In this document: positions 17,090 through 26,931 of the stretch, piece by piece
Position numbering within the stretch: position 1 is the first letter of the stretch
How the letters are laid out: each line of letters opens with the position of its first letter
From: Miltoncostaeales bacterium
GTDB taxonomy: Bacteria; Actinomycetota; Thermoleophilia; Miltoncostaeales; Miltoncostaeaceae
Length of the DNA stretch: 52,267 nucleotides
Direction: 5' to 3'
NCBI GenBank assembly: GCA_030829765.1
Contig: JAUROO010000094.1
Coordinates: 1 to 52,267 of the forward strand
Made by a program: the position numbers and the translations under genes
The notes under the pieces: generated by a model
What the model was told of the DNA's origin: nothing
The model's input: only the letters and a program-made list of their open reading frames with translations
Database searches by the model: none

Positions 17090-17126
17090 GCGAGTCCTCT
17101 CGGGTGCCTGCCTCGCACAAGGATAC

Positions 17127-17158
17127 GACGACCGGGCGATGGCATCGAACCAGTCGTC
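17127..17158. promoter_or_regulatory. composite palindrome in the sufR-sufB intergenic region (candidate operator)
   Basis: GACGAC-N4-CGATG-G-CATCG-N5-GTCGTC, centred at 17142. A second palindrome, CCGTACGG (17167-17174), abuts the predicted -35. Confidence 0.3.
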
Positions 17159-17175
17159 CCACCCGTCCGTACGGC

Positions 17176-17203
17176 TTGATTGTTCGGGAAATGCACGTAG
17201 CCT
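17176..17203 (+). promoter_or_regulatory. candidate promoter of the suf operon
   Basis: TTGATT, a 16-nt spacer, then TAGCCT. SD GAAGGAG (17228-17234) lies 8 nt before the sufB TTG. Confidence 0.35.
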
Positions 17204-17242
17204 TTAGAGCCGACTGACGTCCACCCCGAAGGAGCGTCCGCA

Positions 17243-18649
17243 TTGTCGACGGCGAAGCCCGAACTCGAGATCGACACCACATACAAGTTCGGCTGGCATG
17301 ACCCGGCCAACTACGTCTTCGAGCCCAAGAAGGGCCTGAACGCCGACATCGTCCGCGAGATCTCCATGCTCAAGGGCGAGCCCGAGTGGATGACCAAGTT
17401 CCGCCTCCGATCGCTGGAGATCTTCGAGAGCCGTGAGATCCCGGACTGGGGCGGCGACCTCGCCGAGCTCGACTACCAGGACATCTACTACTACATCAAG
17501 GCGGCCGAGGAGCAGGGCCGCTCGTGGGACGACGTGCCCGATGACATCCGGAAGACCTTCGACCGCCTGGGTATTCCCGAGGCCGAGCAGAAGTTCCTGG
17601 CCGGGGTCTCGGCGCAGTACGAGTCGGAGGTCGTCTACCACTCCATCCGCGAGGACCTGGAGCAGAAGGGTGTCATCTTCTGCGACACCGACACCGCGCT
17701 GCGCGAGCACCCGGACCTCTTCCGCGAGCACTGGGCCACGGTCATCCCCCCGGGCGACAACACCTTCGCCGCGCTCAACTCGGCCGTGTGGTCAGGGGGC
17801 TCCTTCATCTGGGTGCCCGAGGGCGTGGAGGTGGAGATCCCACTGCAGGCCTACTTCCGAATCAACGCCGAGAGCATGGGGCAGTTCGAGCGCACGCTCA
17901 TCATCTGCGAGCCGAACTCCTACGTGCACTACGTGGAGGGCTGCACCGCCCCCACCTACTCCGCCGACTCGCTGCATTCCGCAGTGGTCGAGATCATCGT
18001 GAAGAAGGGTGCCCGCTGCCGGTACTCGACCATCCAGAACTGGTCGAACAACGTCTACAACCTCGTGACCAAGCGAGCCGTGGCGCACGAGGACGCCGTG
18101 ATGGAGTGGATCGACGGCAACCTGGGCAGCAAGCTCACCATGAAGTACCCGGCGGTGTGGATGGTGGGCCCGCGCGCACGCGGTGAGGTGCTCTCGGTGG
18201 CCATGGCCGGCGAGGGGATGCACCAGGACGCCGGCGCCAAGATGGTGCACGTGGCACCCGACACCTCCTCCACCATCGTCAGCAAGTCCATCTCGCAGGG
18301 CGGTGGCCGCACCAGCTACCGCGGACTGGTGAAGGTGGAGCCCGGCGCACGGCGCGTGAAGGCGTCGGTGGTGTGCGACGCGCTGCTGCTGGACGAGGAC
18401 AGCCGGTCGGATACCTACCCCTACATGGACATCCAGGAGGAGGACACCTCCATCGGCCACGAGGCGACGGTCAGCAAGGTGGCCGACGACCAGATCTTCT
18501 ACCTCATGAGCCGCGGGCTCAGCGAGGAGGAGGCCATGGCCATGATCGTGCGCGGGTTCATCGAGCCCATCGCGAAGGAGCTGCCCATGGAGTACGCGGT
18601 GGAGCTGAACCGACTGATCGAGCTGCAGATGGAGGGCTCCATTGGCTGA
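17243..18649 (+). CDS. sufB: Fe-S cluster assembly protein SufB
   Basis: 468 aa. YKFGWHD..., [53 protein letters not shown]. Confidence 0.95.
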   Translation: MSTAKPELEIDTTYKFGWHDPANYVFEPKKGLNADIVREISMLKGEPEWMTKFRLRSLEIFESREIPDWGGDLAELDYQDIYYYIKAAEEQGRSWDDVPDDIRKTFDRLGIPEAEQKFLAGVSAQYESEVVYHSIREDLEQKGVIFCDTDTALREHPDLFREHWATVIPPGDNTFAALNSAVWSGGSFIWVPEGVEVEIPLQAYFRINAESMGQFERTLIICEPNSYVHYVEGCTAPTYSADSLHSAVVEIIVKKGARCRYSTIQNWSNNVYNLVTKRAVAHEDAVMEWIDGNLGSKLTMKYPAVWMVGPRARGEVLSVAMAGEGMHQDAGAKMVHVAPDTSSTIVSKSISQGGGRTSYRGLVKVEPGARRVKASVVCDALLLDEDSRSDTYPYMDIQEEDTSIGHEATVSKVADDQIFYLMSRGLSEEEAMAMIVRGFIEPIAKELPMEYAVELNRLIELQMEGSIG

Positions 18650-19865
18650 GGCACCCTCCTGGGCCGCCGAGGCCCGCAGCGCCGCCACGGCGGCGCTCGA
18701 CGACCTGCCCGCACTCACCGGCACGGAGGAGGAGTGGCGCTTCACACCTCCCACGGATCTCGGCATGAACGGCGATGCCGCCTCGGGCGGCGCGGCCACG
18801 GGCACCGTGGAGATGCCCGCCGCCGCAGGACGTGCTGCGCGACTGACGTTCACCGACGGCGCACCCGCACCGGCCGAGGTGGCCGGGCTGCCCGATGGGG
18901 TGATCGTCTCCGAACTGGGCGAGGCCCTGGCCACGCATGAGGCGCTGGTGCGCGACCGCCTGTACTCGCTGGCCGGATTCGATGACCGCCCGGGGGCGCT
19001 GAACGCCGCCGGGTGGGACGCCGGCACGTTCGTGTACGTGCCGCGCGGGGTCGAGGTGGAGCTTCCGATCGAGGCCGTCCTCACCGCAACGGGTGACCGG
19101 GGGCAGGTGTTCGGCCGCACGCTCATCGTCGTGGAGGAGGGAGCCCGCGCGACGGTGGTCGACCGCTACCTCTCGCCGGACCTCGACGGCGCCGTGAACG
19201 TCTCGACCGTGGTCGAGATGTTCGTCGCCGACGGTGGCGAACTGGAGCACGTGTCGTACATCGGCTGGGGGCGCGGCGTGCGCCACCAGGCCACCATCCG
19301 CGCGGCCGCCGGCAAGGACGCCCGCGCGCGCTCGGTCAACGTGACCCTGGGCGGCGACGTCGTGCGTGTGGAGCCCACCATGTACTGCCGCGGCCCGGGC
19401 TCCGATGCCCGCGCGCTGGGCCTGTACTTCGCCACCGGCTCGCAGCACTTCGAGCACCGCGTGGTGTCGCGCCACGAGGCGCCCCAGGCGTACTCGAACC
19501 TGCTCTACAAGGGGGCCATCCAGGACACCGCCCACACGGTGTTCTTCGGCAACCTCGTGGTGCCCCCGGGTGCCCCGGGCACCGACGCCTACCAGACCAA
19601 CCGCAACCTCATCCTCAACGAGGGCGCGCGCGCCGACACGATTCCATTCCTCGAGATCGAGACCGCGGAGGTCAAGTGCTCGCACGCGGGCGCCGTGGGC
19701 CGGGTGGACGACGAGCAGCTCTTCTACCTGATGAGCCGTGGCGTGCCCGAACTGGAGGCCAAGCACCAGATCGTCTACGGGTTCTTCCAGGAGGTGCTCG
19801 ACGAGATCTCGTTCGATGAGCTCCGCGAGGAGCTCGAGGCCGCGGCCCGCGCCAAGGTGCGATGA
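18642..19865 (+). CDS. sufD: Fe-S cluster assembly protein SufD
   Basis: [45 protein letters not shown]. It overlaps sufB by 8 nt. Confidence 0.9.
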   Translation: MAEAPSWAAEARSAATAALDDLPALTGTEEEWRFTPPTDLGMNGDAASGGAATGTVEMPAAAGRAARLTFTDGAPAPAEVAGLPDGVIVSELGEALATHEALVRDRLYSLAGFDDRPGALNAAGWDAGTFVYVPRGVEVELPIEAVLTATGDRGQVFGRTLIVVEEGARATVVDRYLSPDLDGAVNVSTVVEMFVADGGELEHVSYIGWGRGVRHQATIRAAAGKDARARSVNVTLGGDVVRVEPTMYCRGPGSDARALGLYFATGSQHFEHRVVSRHEAPQAYSNLLYKGAIQDTAHTVFFGNLVVPPGAPGTDAYQTNRNLILNEGARADTIPFLEIETAEVKCSHAGAVGRVDDEQLFYLMSRGVPELEAKHQIVYGFFQEVLDEISFDELREELEAAARAKVR

Positions 19866-20206
19866 GCCAGGTGGACGTCGCGGCGGCCGACGAGGTGCCG
19901 CCGGGAGCCATGGTGCGGGTGGAGGTGGATGGCCAGCCGGTATGCCTGGCCAACGTGGACGGCACGTTCCATGCCGTGCACGACACCTGCACCCACGGCA
20001 TGGCATCGCTCAGCGCCGGCTGGCTGGACCCCGACATGGGGCGGGTGGAGTGCCCGCGGCATGGCGCGTACTTCCGCCTGGACGACGGCGCCGCCATCAC
20101 CCCGCCCGCTACCGCACCGCTACCGGTGTTCCCGGTGGAGGTCCGCGACGGCCGCGTGCTCGTCGGCACCACCCCCAGCACCCCGCATCCGTTCGATACC
20201 CCGTAA
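19862..20206 (+). CDS. Rieske [2Fe-2S] ferredoxin-like protein inside the suf operon
   Basis: CTHGMASL ... CPRHGAYF (CxH...CxxH). ATGA overlap with sufD. Confidence 0.85.
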   Translation: MSQVDVAAADEVPPGAMVRVEVDGQPVCLANVDGTFHAVHDTCTHGMASLSAGWLDPDMGRVECPRHGAYFRLDDGAAITPPATAPLPVFPVEVRDGRVLVGTTPSTPHPFDTP

Positions 20207-20227
20207 CGCACAAGGAGAACCGCTTCC

Positions 20228-20992
20228 GTGGCTGACCCCATCCTGAAGATCGAGGGCCTCGAGGTGGCCGTTGATGACAAGCCCATCCTGAAGGGCGTCG
20301 ACCTCGAGGTGCCACAGGGCGAGGTGCACGCGCTGATGGGGCCGAACGGCTCGGGCAAGAGCACGCTGGCCTACGCACTCGCCGGCCACCCGCGCTATGA
20401 GATCACCGGCGGCTCGGTGCTCTTCGACGGCAAGGACCTGGCCGAGATGGAGGCCGACGAGCGTGCCCAGGCAGGGCTGTTCCTCGCCATGCAGTACCCG
20501 GTCGAGGTCCCCGGAGTGTCGGTGATGAACTTCCTGCGCAGCGCCGTCAACGCCACGCGGGGCGAGGAGCTTCCCGTGCGCGAGTTCGCGAAGCTCTTCA
20601 AGGAGAAGAGTGCGCTCCTGCAGTTCGACCCGTCGTTCGCCGACCGCTACCTGAACGAGGGCTTCTCGGGCGGCGAGAAGAAGCGGCACGAGATCCTGCA
20701 GATGGCGCTTCTCGAGCCCAGGTTCGCGATCCTCGACGAGACCGACTCGGGCCTGGACGTGGACGCCCTGCGCATCGTGTCGGAGGGCGTGAACGCCCAG
20801 CGCGGGCCCGACCTCGGCGTGCTCATCATCACGCACTACACGCGCATCCTGAACTACATCCAGCCGGATGTCGTGCACGTGATGTTCGAGGGCCGCATCG
20901 CCCAGACCGGTGGCCCCGAGCTCGCGGAGCACCTCGAGGAGAAGGGCTACGTGGAGTTCGGGTCGGCCGAGGCAGCGAGCTCGCCCCGCTAG
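20228..20992 (+). CDS. sufC: Fe-S cluster assembly ATPase SufC
   Basis: GPNGSGKSTL Walker A, LNEGFSGGEKKR signature, ILDETDSGLD Walker B. AAGGAGAA SD. Confidence 0.95.
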   Translation: MADPILKIEGLEVAVDDKPILKGVDLEVPQGEVHALMGPNGSGKSTLAYALAGHPRYEITGGSVLFDGKDLAEMEADERAQAGLFLAMQYPVEVPGVSVMNFLRSAVNATRGEELPVREFAKLFKEKSALLQFDPSFADRYLNEGFSGGEKKRHEILQMALLEPRFAILDETDSGLDVDALRIVSEGVNAQRGPDLGVLIITHYTRILNYIQPDVVHVMFEGRIAQTGGPELAEHLEEKGYVEFGSAEAASSPR

Positions 20993-20999
20993 CGCGCCC

Positions 21000-22250
21000 A
21001 TGGGGAACCCCGCGCAGATCGCACTCGACCCCGCGGCCCTCCGCGCGGAGTTCCCCATTCTCGCCGCGCCGCGCCCGGGCGGCGGCGCGCTTCACTACCT
21101 CGACTCCGCGGCCACCTCGCAGAAGCCGCAGCGGGTGCTCCACGCCATGGACGCCTACTACCGCGAGGCCAATGCCAACGTGCATCGCGGCGTGTACCAC
21201 CTTGCGGCCGAGGCCACCGATCGGTTCGAGGCCGGACGCGACGCCGCGGCCCGGCTGGTGAACCACCCGCGCGAGGGAACGGTGTTCACCAAGAACGCCA
21301 CCGAGGCCATCAACCTTGTGGCGTGGGCATGGGGCGCCCGCGAGCTCCGGGCCGGCGACGAGATCGTGCTCACCATGATGGAGCACCACTCCAACACCGT
21401 CCCGTGGCAGCTGGTGGCGGCCATGACGGGCGCCGTCGTGCGGTTCTGCCCGGTCACGCCCGAGGGCGACCTCGACATGGACGCCCTCCGCGGCCTGATC
21501 GGCCCGCGCACACGCATGGTGGCCGTGGTGCACGTGTCGAACACCCTCGGCACCATCAATCCGGTCGGGGAGATCGTGGACATGGCCCATGCCGAGGGGT
21601 CGCTCACGCTGGTGGATGCCACGCAGAGTGTTCCCCACATGCCGGTGGATGCCGCGGCCATCGGCAGCGACGTCCTGGTGTTCACCGGGCACAAGATGTG
21701 CGGGCCCACCGGCATCGGCGTACTGGCCGCAGTACCCGGCCTGCTGCGCGAGATGGAGCCCTTCCTGGGTGGCGGAGAGATGATCTCCGACGTCACCACC
21801 GACGGCTCCACGTGGAACGACATCCCGTGGAAGTTCGAGGCCGGCACCCCGCCGATCGCCGAGGCGGTCGGCCTCGGCGAGGCCGTGCGCTTCCTGGAGG
21901 ACGTCGGCCCGGAGCGCATCCGCGCCCACGAGCAGGAGATGGCCCACGCCATGATCGACGCGCTCGATGAGGTGCCGGGGCTCACCCTGTACGGATCGCG
22001 CGATCCCCAGCGCCGTGGGGCATCGGTCAGCTTCGCGCTGGACGGCGTGCACCCCCACGACATCGGCCAGTTCCTCGACAGCCGCGGGGTGTGCGTGCGC
22101 GCCGGCCATCACTGCACCAAGCCGCTCATGCGGGCGCTGGGCGTGCAGAGCACCGCGCGCGCCAGCGCATACCTCTACACCACGATGGACGACGTCCTGG
22201 CGCTTCGCGATTCCCTGGTGGAATGCCGCCAGTGGTTCGGGGCCGCCTGA
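21000..22250 (+). CDS. sufS: cysteine desulfurase SufS
   Basis: YLDSAATSQKP, FTGHKMCGPTGIG (PLP Lys), RAGHHCTKPL (catalytic Cys). ATG at 21000. Confidence 0.9.
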   Translation: MGNPAQIALDPAALRAEFPILAAPRPGGGALHYLDSAATSQKPQRVLHAMDAYYREANANVHRGVYHLAAEATDRFEAGRDAAARLVNHPREGTVFTKNATEAINLVAWAWGARELRAGDEIVLTMMEHHSNTVPWQLVAAMTGAVVRFCPVTPEGDLDMDALRGLIGPRTRMVAVVHVSNTLGTINPVGEIVDMAHAEGSLTLVDATQSVPHMPVDAAAIGSDVLVFTGHKMCGPTGIGVLAAVPGLLREMEPFLGGGEMISDVTTDGSTWNDIPWKFEAGTPPIAEAVGLGEAVRFLEDVGPERIRAHEQEMAHAMIDALDEVPGLTLYGSRDPQRRGASVSFALDGVHPHDIGQFLDSRGVCVRAGHHCTKPLMRALGVQSTARASAYLYTTMDDVLALRDSLVECRQWFGAA

Positions 22251-22699
22251 TGGGCGGCCTCGACGACCTCTACCAGCAGCTGATCCTCGACCACTACCGC
22301 AACCGGCGCGGCCGCGGCCGCATCGACGGCGCCTCGGCGTCGGTGCACGAGAACAACCCGGTGTGCGGGGACGAGTGCTTCCTGGACATCCTGGTGGAGG
22401 ACGGCCGCATCGCCGACATCCGCGCCGACGGGGACGGCTGCTCCATCTCGCAGGCCGCGGCATCGATGCTCACCGAGGCCGCGCGGGGACGGGACCTGGA
22501 CGACGCGCTCACCTTGGTGGAGCACTTCCGCCTGGTCATGCACGGCGACGCCGAGCCGGACGAGGACCTGCTGGGCGATGCCGTGGCGCTCGAGGGCGTG
22601 GCCCGCTACCCGGTCCGGGTGAAGTGCGCGCTGCTGTCGTGGCTTGCGCTGCGTGATTGCATTGCCGAATACCGCGAGACGACTGCGATGGGAGGGTGA
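22250..22699 (+). CDS. sufU: SufU-type Fe-S scaffold / sulfur acceptor
   Basis: LYQQLILDHYRNRRG, NPVCGDE, DGCSISQAAASM, VKCALL. The ATG shares one nt with the sufS TGA. Confidence 0.9.
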   Translation: MGGLDDLYQQLILDHYRNRRGRGRIDGASASVHENNPVCGDECFLDILVEDGRIADIRADGDGCSISQAAASMLTEAARGRDLDDALTLVEHFRLVMHGDAEPDEDLLGDAVALEGVARYPVRVKCALLSWLALRDCIAEYRETTAMGG

Positions 22700-22701
22700 C
22701 G

Positions 22702-23013
22702 ATGGTGGACCAGGACGACATCCGCGAGGCCATGAAGCAGGTGGATGACCCCGAGCTCGGCATCAACGTCGTGGACCTCGGGCTGCTGTACGGCGTATCC
22801 ATGGACGAGGGCGGGGCGGTCACCCTCGACATGACCCTTACCTCCATGGGATGCCCCCTCACCGACCAGATCATCGCCGACGTGCGCAAGTACGTGGAGC
22901 CGCTCGACGGCGTCACGTCGGTGGACGTCAACTGGGTATGGGACCCGCCGTGGGGCCCCGACAAGATGACCGACGACGGCAAGCTCATGATGAAGGTGAT
23001 GGGCTATGGCTGA
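22702..23013 (+). CDS. sufT: SufT/DUF59 Fe-S assembly protein
   Basis: DDPELGINVVDLGLLY ... LTSMGCPL. ATG at 22702. Confidence 0.85.
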   Translation: MVDQDDIREAMKQVDDPELGINVVDLGLLYGVSMDEGGAVTLDMTLTSMGCPLTDQIIADVRKYVEPLDGVTSVDVNWVWDPPWGPDKMTDDGKLMMKVMGYG

Positions 23014-23446
23014 GTCCGCGGCCCCGGATCACCCCCTTACGCTGGACGAGAAGAAGGCGGCGGCGCGTGCCCGTGCGCGGGCGGCGCGCGAGGCCCAGCA
23101 GGAGGGCGCAGGCGCGGGCCTCACGGTCACCGACGACGCCGCGGCCTACATCGGGGAATGCGCCGACCGCGACGGGCTGCCGCATGCGGTCCGGCTGCGC
23201 ATCCACGCCGGCGGGTGCTCGGGGCTCGAGTACTCGATCGACCTCGCCGGCGGCGATGCGGCCCCGGGTCCGGCTGAGCGCACCATCGAGAGCAACGGCG
23301 TGACCGTGCTGCTCGACCTGAAGAGCGCCATCTACGTGAGCGGATCGGTCATCGACTACACCTCGTCACTCATGCGCCGGGGCTTCGTCATCCGGAACCC
23401 CAACGCCACCACCACCTGCTCGTGCGGCGACTCCTTCGGGGTGTGA
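23006..23446 (+). CDS. HesB/IscA/SufA-type A-type Fe-S carrier with an N-terminal extension of about 35 aa
   Basis: RIHAGGCSGLEY and the C-terminal CSCGDSFGV. Confidence 0.85.
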   Translation: MAESAAPDHPLTLDEKKAAARARARAAREAQQEGAGAGLTVTDDAAAYIGECADRDGLPHAVRLRIHAGGCSGLEYSIDLAGGDAAPGPAERTIESNGVTVLLDLKSAIYVSGSVIDYTSSLMRRGFVIRNPNATTTCSCGDSFGV

Positions 23447-23447
23447 T

Positions 23448-24314
23448 GTGTCGCGGCTGAGACAGGGCTTCGAGCTCGCGGGCGTCAGCTGGCGCACCAT
23501 CCGCGGGGACCGGTCACTCGCGGTATTCCCCATCCTCGGCGGCGCCTCGGCCGTTCTGCTGACGGCCGCATTCGTGATCCCCGGCCTGCTGCTCGTGACC
23601 GACGAGTCCCTCGGTGCGGCAGCCTGGTCGGGGCTGGTGCTGTTCGCCGTGGCCGCCTACCTCGCGGCCTTCGCGGGCATCTTCTTCTCGGTCGCCCTGG
23701 CGACCTGCGCGGAGCGGTCGCTGCAGGGTGAGGACACCACCGTGCGGGAAGGGATCGCCACCGCACGCACGCGCATTCCGCAGATCGCCGGGTGGGCGCT
23801 CGTGACCACCACGGTCAACCTGGTCATCCGGGCCATCGAGGCCCGGTTCGAGGGCGTCGGCGGGGCCATCGTGGCCGCGCTCGGCGGCCTTGCGTGGGCG
23901 CTCGTCACGTTCCTCGCCGTGCCCGTCATCGCCTTCGAGGGCACCGGCCCCTGGGCCACGCTGAAGCGCTCCGCAGGGCTCTTCCGCCACCGGTGGGGCC
24001 AGCAGGTGGCGGGCCTCGCCGCCACCAGCGGCGTGGTGGCGCTGATCGGCGTGCTCCCCGGCGCCGTGATGATCGGCATCGGCGTGGTGGTCCTCCCCGC
24101 GGCGGGGGGAATCGTCCTCATCGCCCTGGGCGCCCTGCTGGTGATCATCGCGTCGGTCATCGCGAGCACCCTGTCGCAGATCCTGGCCGTGGCGCTCTAC
24201 CGCTTCGCCGCCGATGGCATCGCGGTGGGACCATTCACCGAAGCCCAACTGCAGTCGGTCATCCGCACCCGCCGCGCCCCACGCTTCGGGCGCCGGACCG
24301 GCGAGCCCACCTAG
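23448..24314 (+). CDS. polytopic membrane protein (DUF6159-like by pattern)
   Basis: 288 aa with 5-6 hydrophobic helices. N-terminus RQGFELAGVSWRTIRGDRSLAVFPILGG. The GTG lies 1 nt after the upstream stop. The family name is from memory only. Confidence 0.55.
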   Translation: MSRLRQGFELAGVSWRTIRGDRSLAVFPILGGASAVLLTAAFVIPGLLLVTDESLGAAAWSGLVLFAVAAYLAAFAGIFFSVALATCAERSLQGEDTTVREGIATARTRIPQIAGWALVTTTVNLVIRAIEARFEGVGGAIVAALGGLAWALVTFLAVPVIAFEGTGPWATLKRSAGLFRHRWGQQVAGLAATSGVVALIGVLPGAVMIGIGVVVLPAAGGIVLIALGALLVIIASVIASTLSQILAVALYRFAADGIAVGPFTEAQLQSVIRTRRAPRFGRRTGEPT

Positions 24315-25744
24315 CGCACGGGGATGGCGTCACCCTCCGATGCCCCCGGGCCGGGGGCATCGTCCACGGGTTCGGCATCCAGCAGCAGCGCCCCGGCCGC
24401 GGGCACGTGGCCCGTCGCCTGCGTGGCGGCGGTGAAGGCCTGCGGCACGGCGGCGTTGCGCTCCCAGGCCATCAGGTAGGGATACGGATTGACGCTGTCA
24501 CCACCGCCGGGATGGATCTCGAAGTGCAGGTGCGGAGGAGTGGTGATGGCCTGCCCCGTGTTGCCGAGGAAGGCGATGACCTGGCCGGCGCGCACACGCG
24601 CGCCATCCGCCGTGGCGGGCGCATAGGCCGAGAGGTGCGCGTAGTAGTACCCGGTGCCGGCATCGTCGGTGAGCCACAGGCGGTTTCCACCCAGCGTGTT
24701 GACGCCCACCTTCGACAGCGTGCCGTCCGCCACGGCCACCACCGGGGTGCCCATGGCCGCGAACAGGTCGGCCCCGTGATGCCATCCCGTGCCCGCGCGC
24801 GGCGCGCCGTAGTCGTCGCTGTAGCCGACGCCATCGCCGAGCACCGGGAACACGTAGCCCTGCGGCGAGGGCGTGCCCGCCGCGGCACCCGGGTCGCGAC
24901 GGGGAAGCCCGAGCGAGGGAGATGCATCGGGTGCCGAGGCGACTGGCGGCACGTAGCCCCCCGCGCCAGGCGCGGTGGACACGGGGGGCGCCGTCGGCAG
25001 CGGTGCCCCCGCCTGCGCCCCATCCGCCGAGGGCGTGGCGGCACCGGGTGCCGACGGCGCGCTGCCGGGGTCGGGCGACGGCGCATCCGGAAGCACCTCC
25101 CCGGTTTCCGCCTCCACGCGGCCGATCACCACCTGCGTGCCGGGCGCAAGGCCCGTGGCCGGGTCGGTCACCTCGATGCGCAGCGCATTGGCGGTCACCT
25201 CGCCGCCCGTCACCAGTCGCTCCACCAGCACCATGGTGCCGAGGCCGGGGATCTCCACCGGCGCCCCGGGCTGCTCCTCGATGGCACGGCCGTCCACCAC
25301 GATGTCCGCGGCCCACTCGGTAACGCCCGCCGTGGTGCCCTCCCCGCCGGTGTCCGACCGCACACCCACGCGCAGCGAGTTGACCACCACGCGACCGCCC
25401 ATCAGGCTCACGCCCGATGCCTCGGCGATCGTGGCCGCAAGTTGCCCGCCCCCACGTGGCCCGGCCGCAGCGCGCACCGACACGCGGCCGCCCGATGCCA
25501 CGGATCCGCGCGGCTCCGCCGCAGCCGTGCGCACTGGGTTGCGCGGCGATGCTGCGGCCGAGGCCACATTGCCCCCCGGAAGGATCGCCCCGATGCCGCG
25601 GGCCGAGGGATCCGCCATCCCCGGGGCAACGGCGAGCGAGGCCGCACACAGCAGGCCGGTGCCGCAGGCACCCAGCACCAGGAGTCGACGTGCGCCGATC
25701 ACGACACGATTGTGACCGTGTCGCCGGACGGGGTCAACGCGCAA
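24311..25744 (-). CDS. secreted M23 (LytM-type) metallopeptidase
   Basis: The C-terminal domain has WHHGADL (HxxxD) and PHLHFEI (HxH). The N-terminus carries a signal-like RRLLVLGACGTGLLCAASLAVAPG. The start may be the GTG at 25702. Confidence 0.85.
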   Translation of the reverse strand: MRVDPVRRHGHNRVVIGARRLLVLGACGTGLLCAASLAVAPGMADPSARGIGAILPGGNVASAAASPRNPVRTAAAEPRGSVASGGRVSVRAAAGPRGGGQLAATIAEASGVSLMGGRVVVNSLRVGVRSDTGGEGTTAGVTEWAADIVVDGRAIEEQPGAPVEIPGLGTMVLVERLVTGGEVTANALRIEVTDPATGLAPGTQVVIGRVEAETGEVLPDAPSPDPGSAPSAPGAATPSADGAQAGAPLPTAPPVSTAPGAGGYVPPVASAPDASPSLGLPRRDPGAAAGTPSPQGYVFPVLGDGVGYSDDYGAPRAGTGWHHGADLFAAMGTPVVAVADGTLSKVGVNTLGGNRLWLTDDAGTGYYYAHLSAYAPATADGARVRAGQVIAFLGNTGQAITTPPHLHFEIHPGGGDSVNPYPYLMAWERNAAVPQAFTAATQATGHVPAAGALLLDAEPVDDAPGPGASEGDAIPVR

Positions 25745-25794
25745 TGCATACGGGTGTCACGTGCAACCGTGATTTCCCTGCTCAGGATCAATTC

Positions 25795-26871
25795 ATGAAA
25801 GGGTCGTCGACCGTGCGGCACGCAAACGCCACAAAACCCCTGCGCGGCCTCGCGGCCGCCATCGCCGGATGCGCCGTGATCGGTGCAGCGGCCCTGCCCT
25901 CCACCGCGATGGCCGACCCCGCCTCTGTCGCCGCGAAGAAGCGCGAGGTGCGCGAGCTGAAGGCCAAGCTCGACAGCATCGGCGCGCGCGTGGGGGTCGT
26001 GGCAGAGCGCTATAACGGCGCGCGGTGGCGGCTGTCGGTGATCCAGGGTCGCCTCGACAAGAACCAGAAGGTGCTGGCCCAGGCGATCGAGGACATGAAG
26101 GCATCCCAGCGCATCCTGGGCGACCGCCTCGACGCCCTCTACCGCCGCCCCGAGCCGAACCTGGTCGAGGTGCTGGTGTCCAGCGGCAGCCTCACCGATG
26201 CCATGAGCGAGATGGAGGGGATCGAACGGGCCGGCACCGAGGACGCGCGCGTCGTGGGCAAGGTGCGCCGGTTCCGCGACCGCACGCGCACGGTGCGCGT
26301 GGAGCTTGCCAAGGACCGCGAGTCCGCGAAGGTCCAGGTGCGCAAGGCGGCCGCGGCCAAGCGACGCGCCGAGGCCATCCTCGCCGAGCGCAAGCGCCTG
26401 CTGGAGAACGCGCGCGCCGACCTGCGTCAGGCCATCGCCGACGAGCGCCGACGCCGCGCGGCGCAGGCCCGCTCACTGGCGTCATCCGGCTATTCGACGT
26501 TCCGCGGCCCGCTGCCCGACGGCGCCGGTAATGCCGAGGCCGCGCGCATCGCACTGTCATTCCAGGGCGTGCCCTACGTGTGGGGCGGCGCGTCGCCATC
26601 AGGCTTCGACTGCTCGGGGCTGGCGTCGTACGCATACGCGCAGATCGGCAAGAGCGTGCCGCACTACACCTACGCCATCTGGGGCCAGTTCCCGCAGGTG
26701 CCGTCCGATCAGCTGCAGGCGGGTGACCTCGTGTTCTTCAGCGGCCTCGGCCACATGGGCATCTACATCGGCGGCGGGAACTTCGTGCATGCGCCCCAGA
26801 CCGGTGACGTGGTGCGCGTGCAGTCGCTCGCCAGCCGGTCCGGCAACTACGTGGGGGCCGTCCGCCCCTAG
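25795..26871 (+). CDS. NlpC/P60 peptidoglycan endopeptidase with an N-terminal coiled coil (RipA-like)
   Basis: Signal peptide, long coiled-coil region, then VPYVWGGASPSGFDCSGLASYAY and GHMGIYIGGGNFVHAP. ATG at 25795. Confidence 0.85.
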   Translation: MKGSSTVRHANATKPLRGLAAAIAGCAVIGAAALPSTAMADPASVAAKKREVRELKAKLDSIGARVGVVAERYNGARWRLSVIQGRLDKNQKVLAQAIEDMKASQRILGDRLDALYRRPEPNLVEVLVSSGSLTDAMSEMEGIERAGTEDARVVGKVRRFRDRTRTVRVELAKDRESAKVQVRKAAAAKRRAEAILAERKRLLENARADLRQAIADERRRRAAQARSLASSGYSTFRGPLPDGAGNAEAARIALSFQGVPYVWGGASPSGFDCSGLASYAYAQIGKSVPHYTYAIWGQFPQVPSDQLQAGDLVFFSGLGHMGIYIGGGNFVHAPQTGDVVRVQSLASRSGNYVGAVRP

Positions 26872-26931
26872 CCGGGACGGCGGCGACACGCGGGCGGCTG
26901 ATGGCGCCGCCAAACGTGGCAAGATCGGCGC

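Noticed and set aside
25703-25794. ydaO-type (c-di-AMP) riboswitch upstream of the NlpC/P60 gene, as seen before some actinobacterial cell-wall hydrolase genes
   Set aside because: At most 92 nt is available, and I could not see any of the conserved motif elements.
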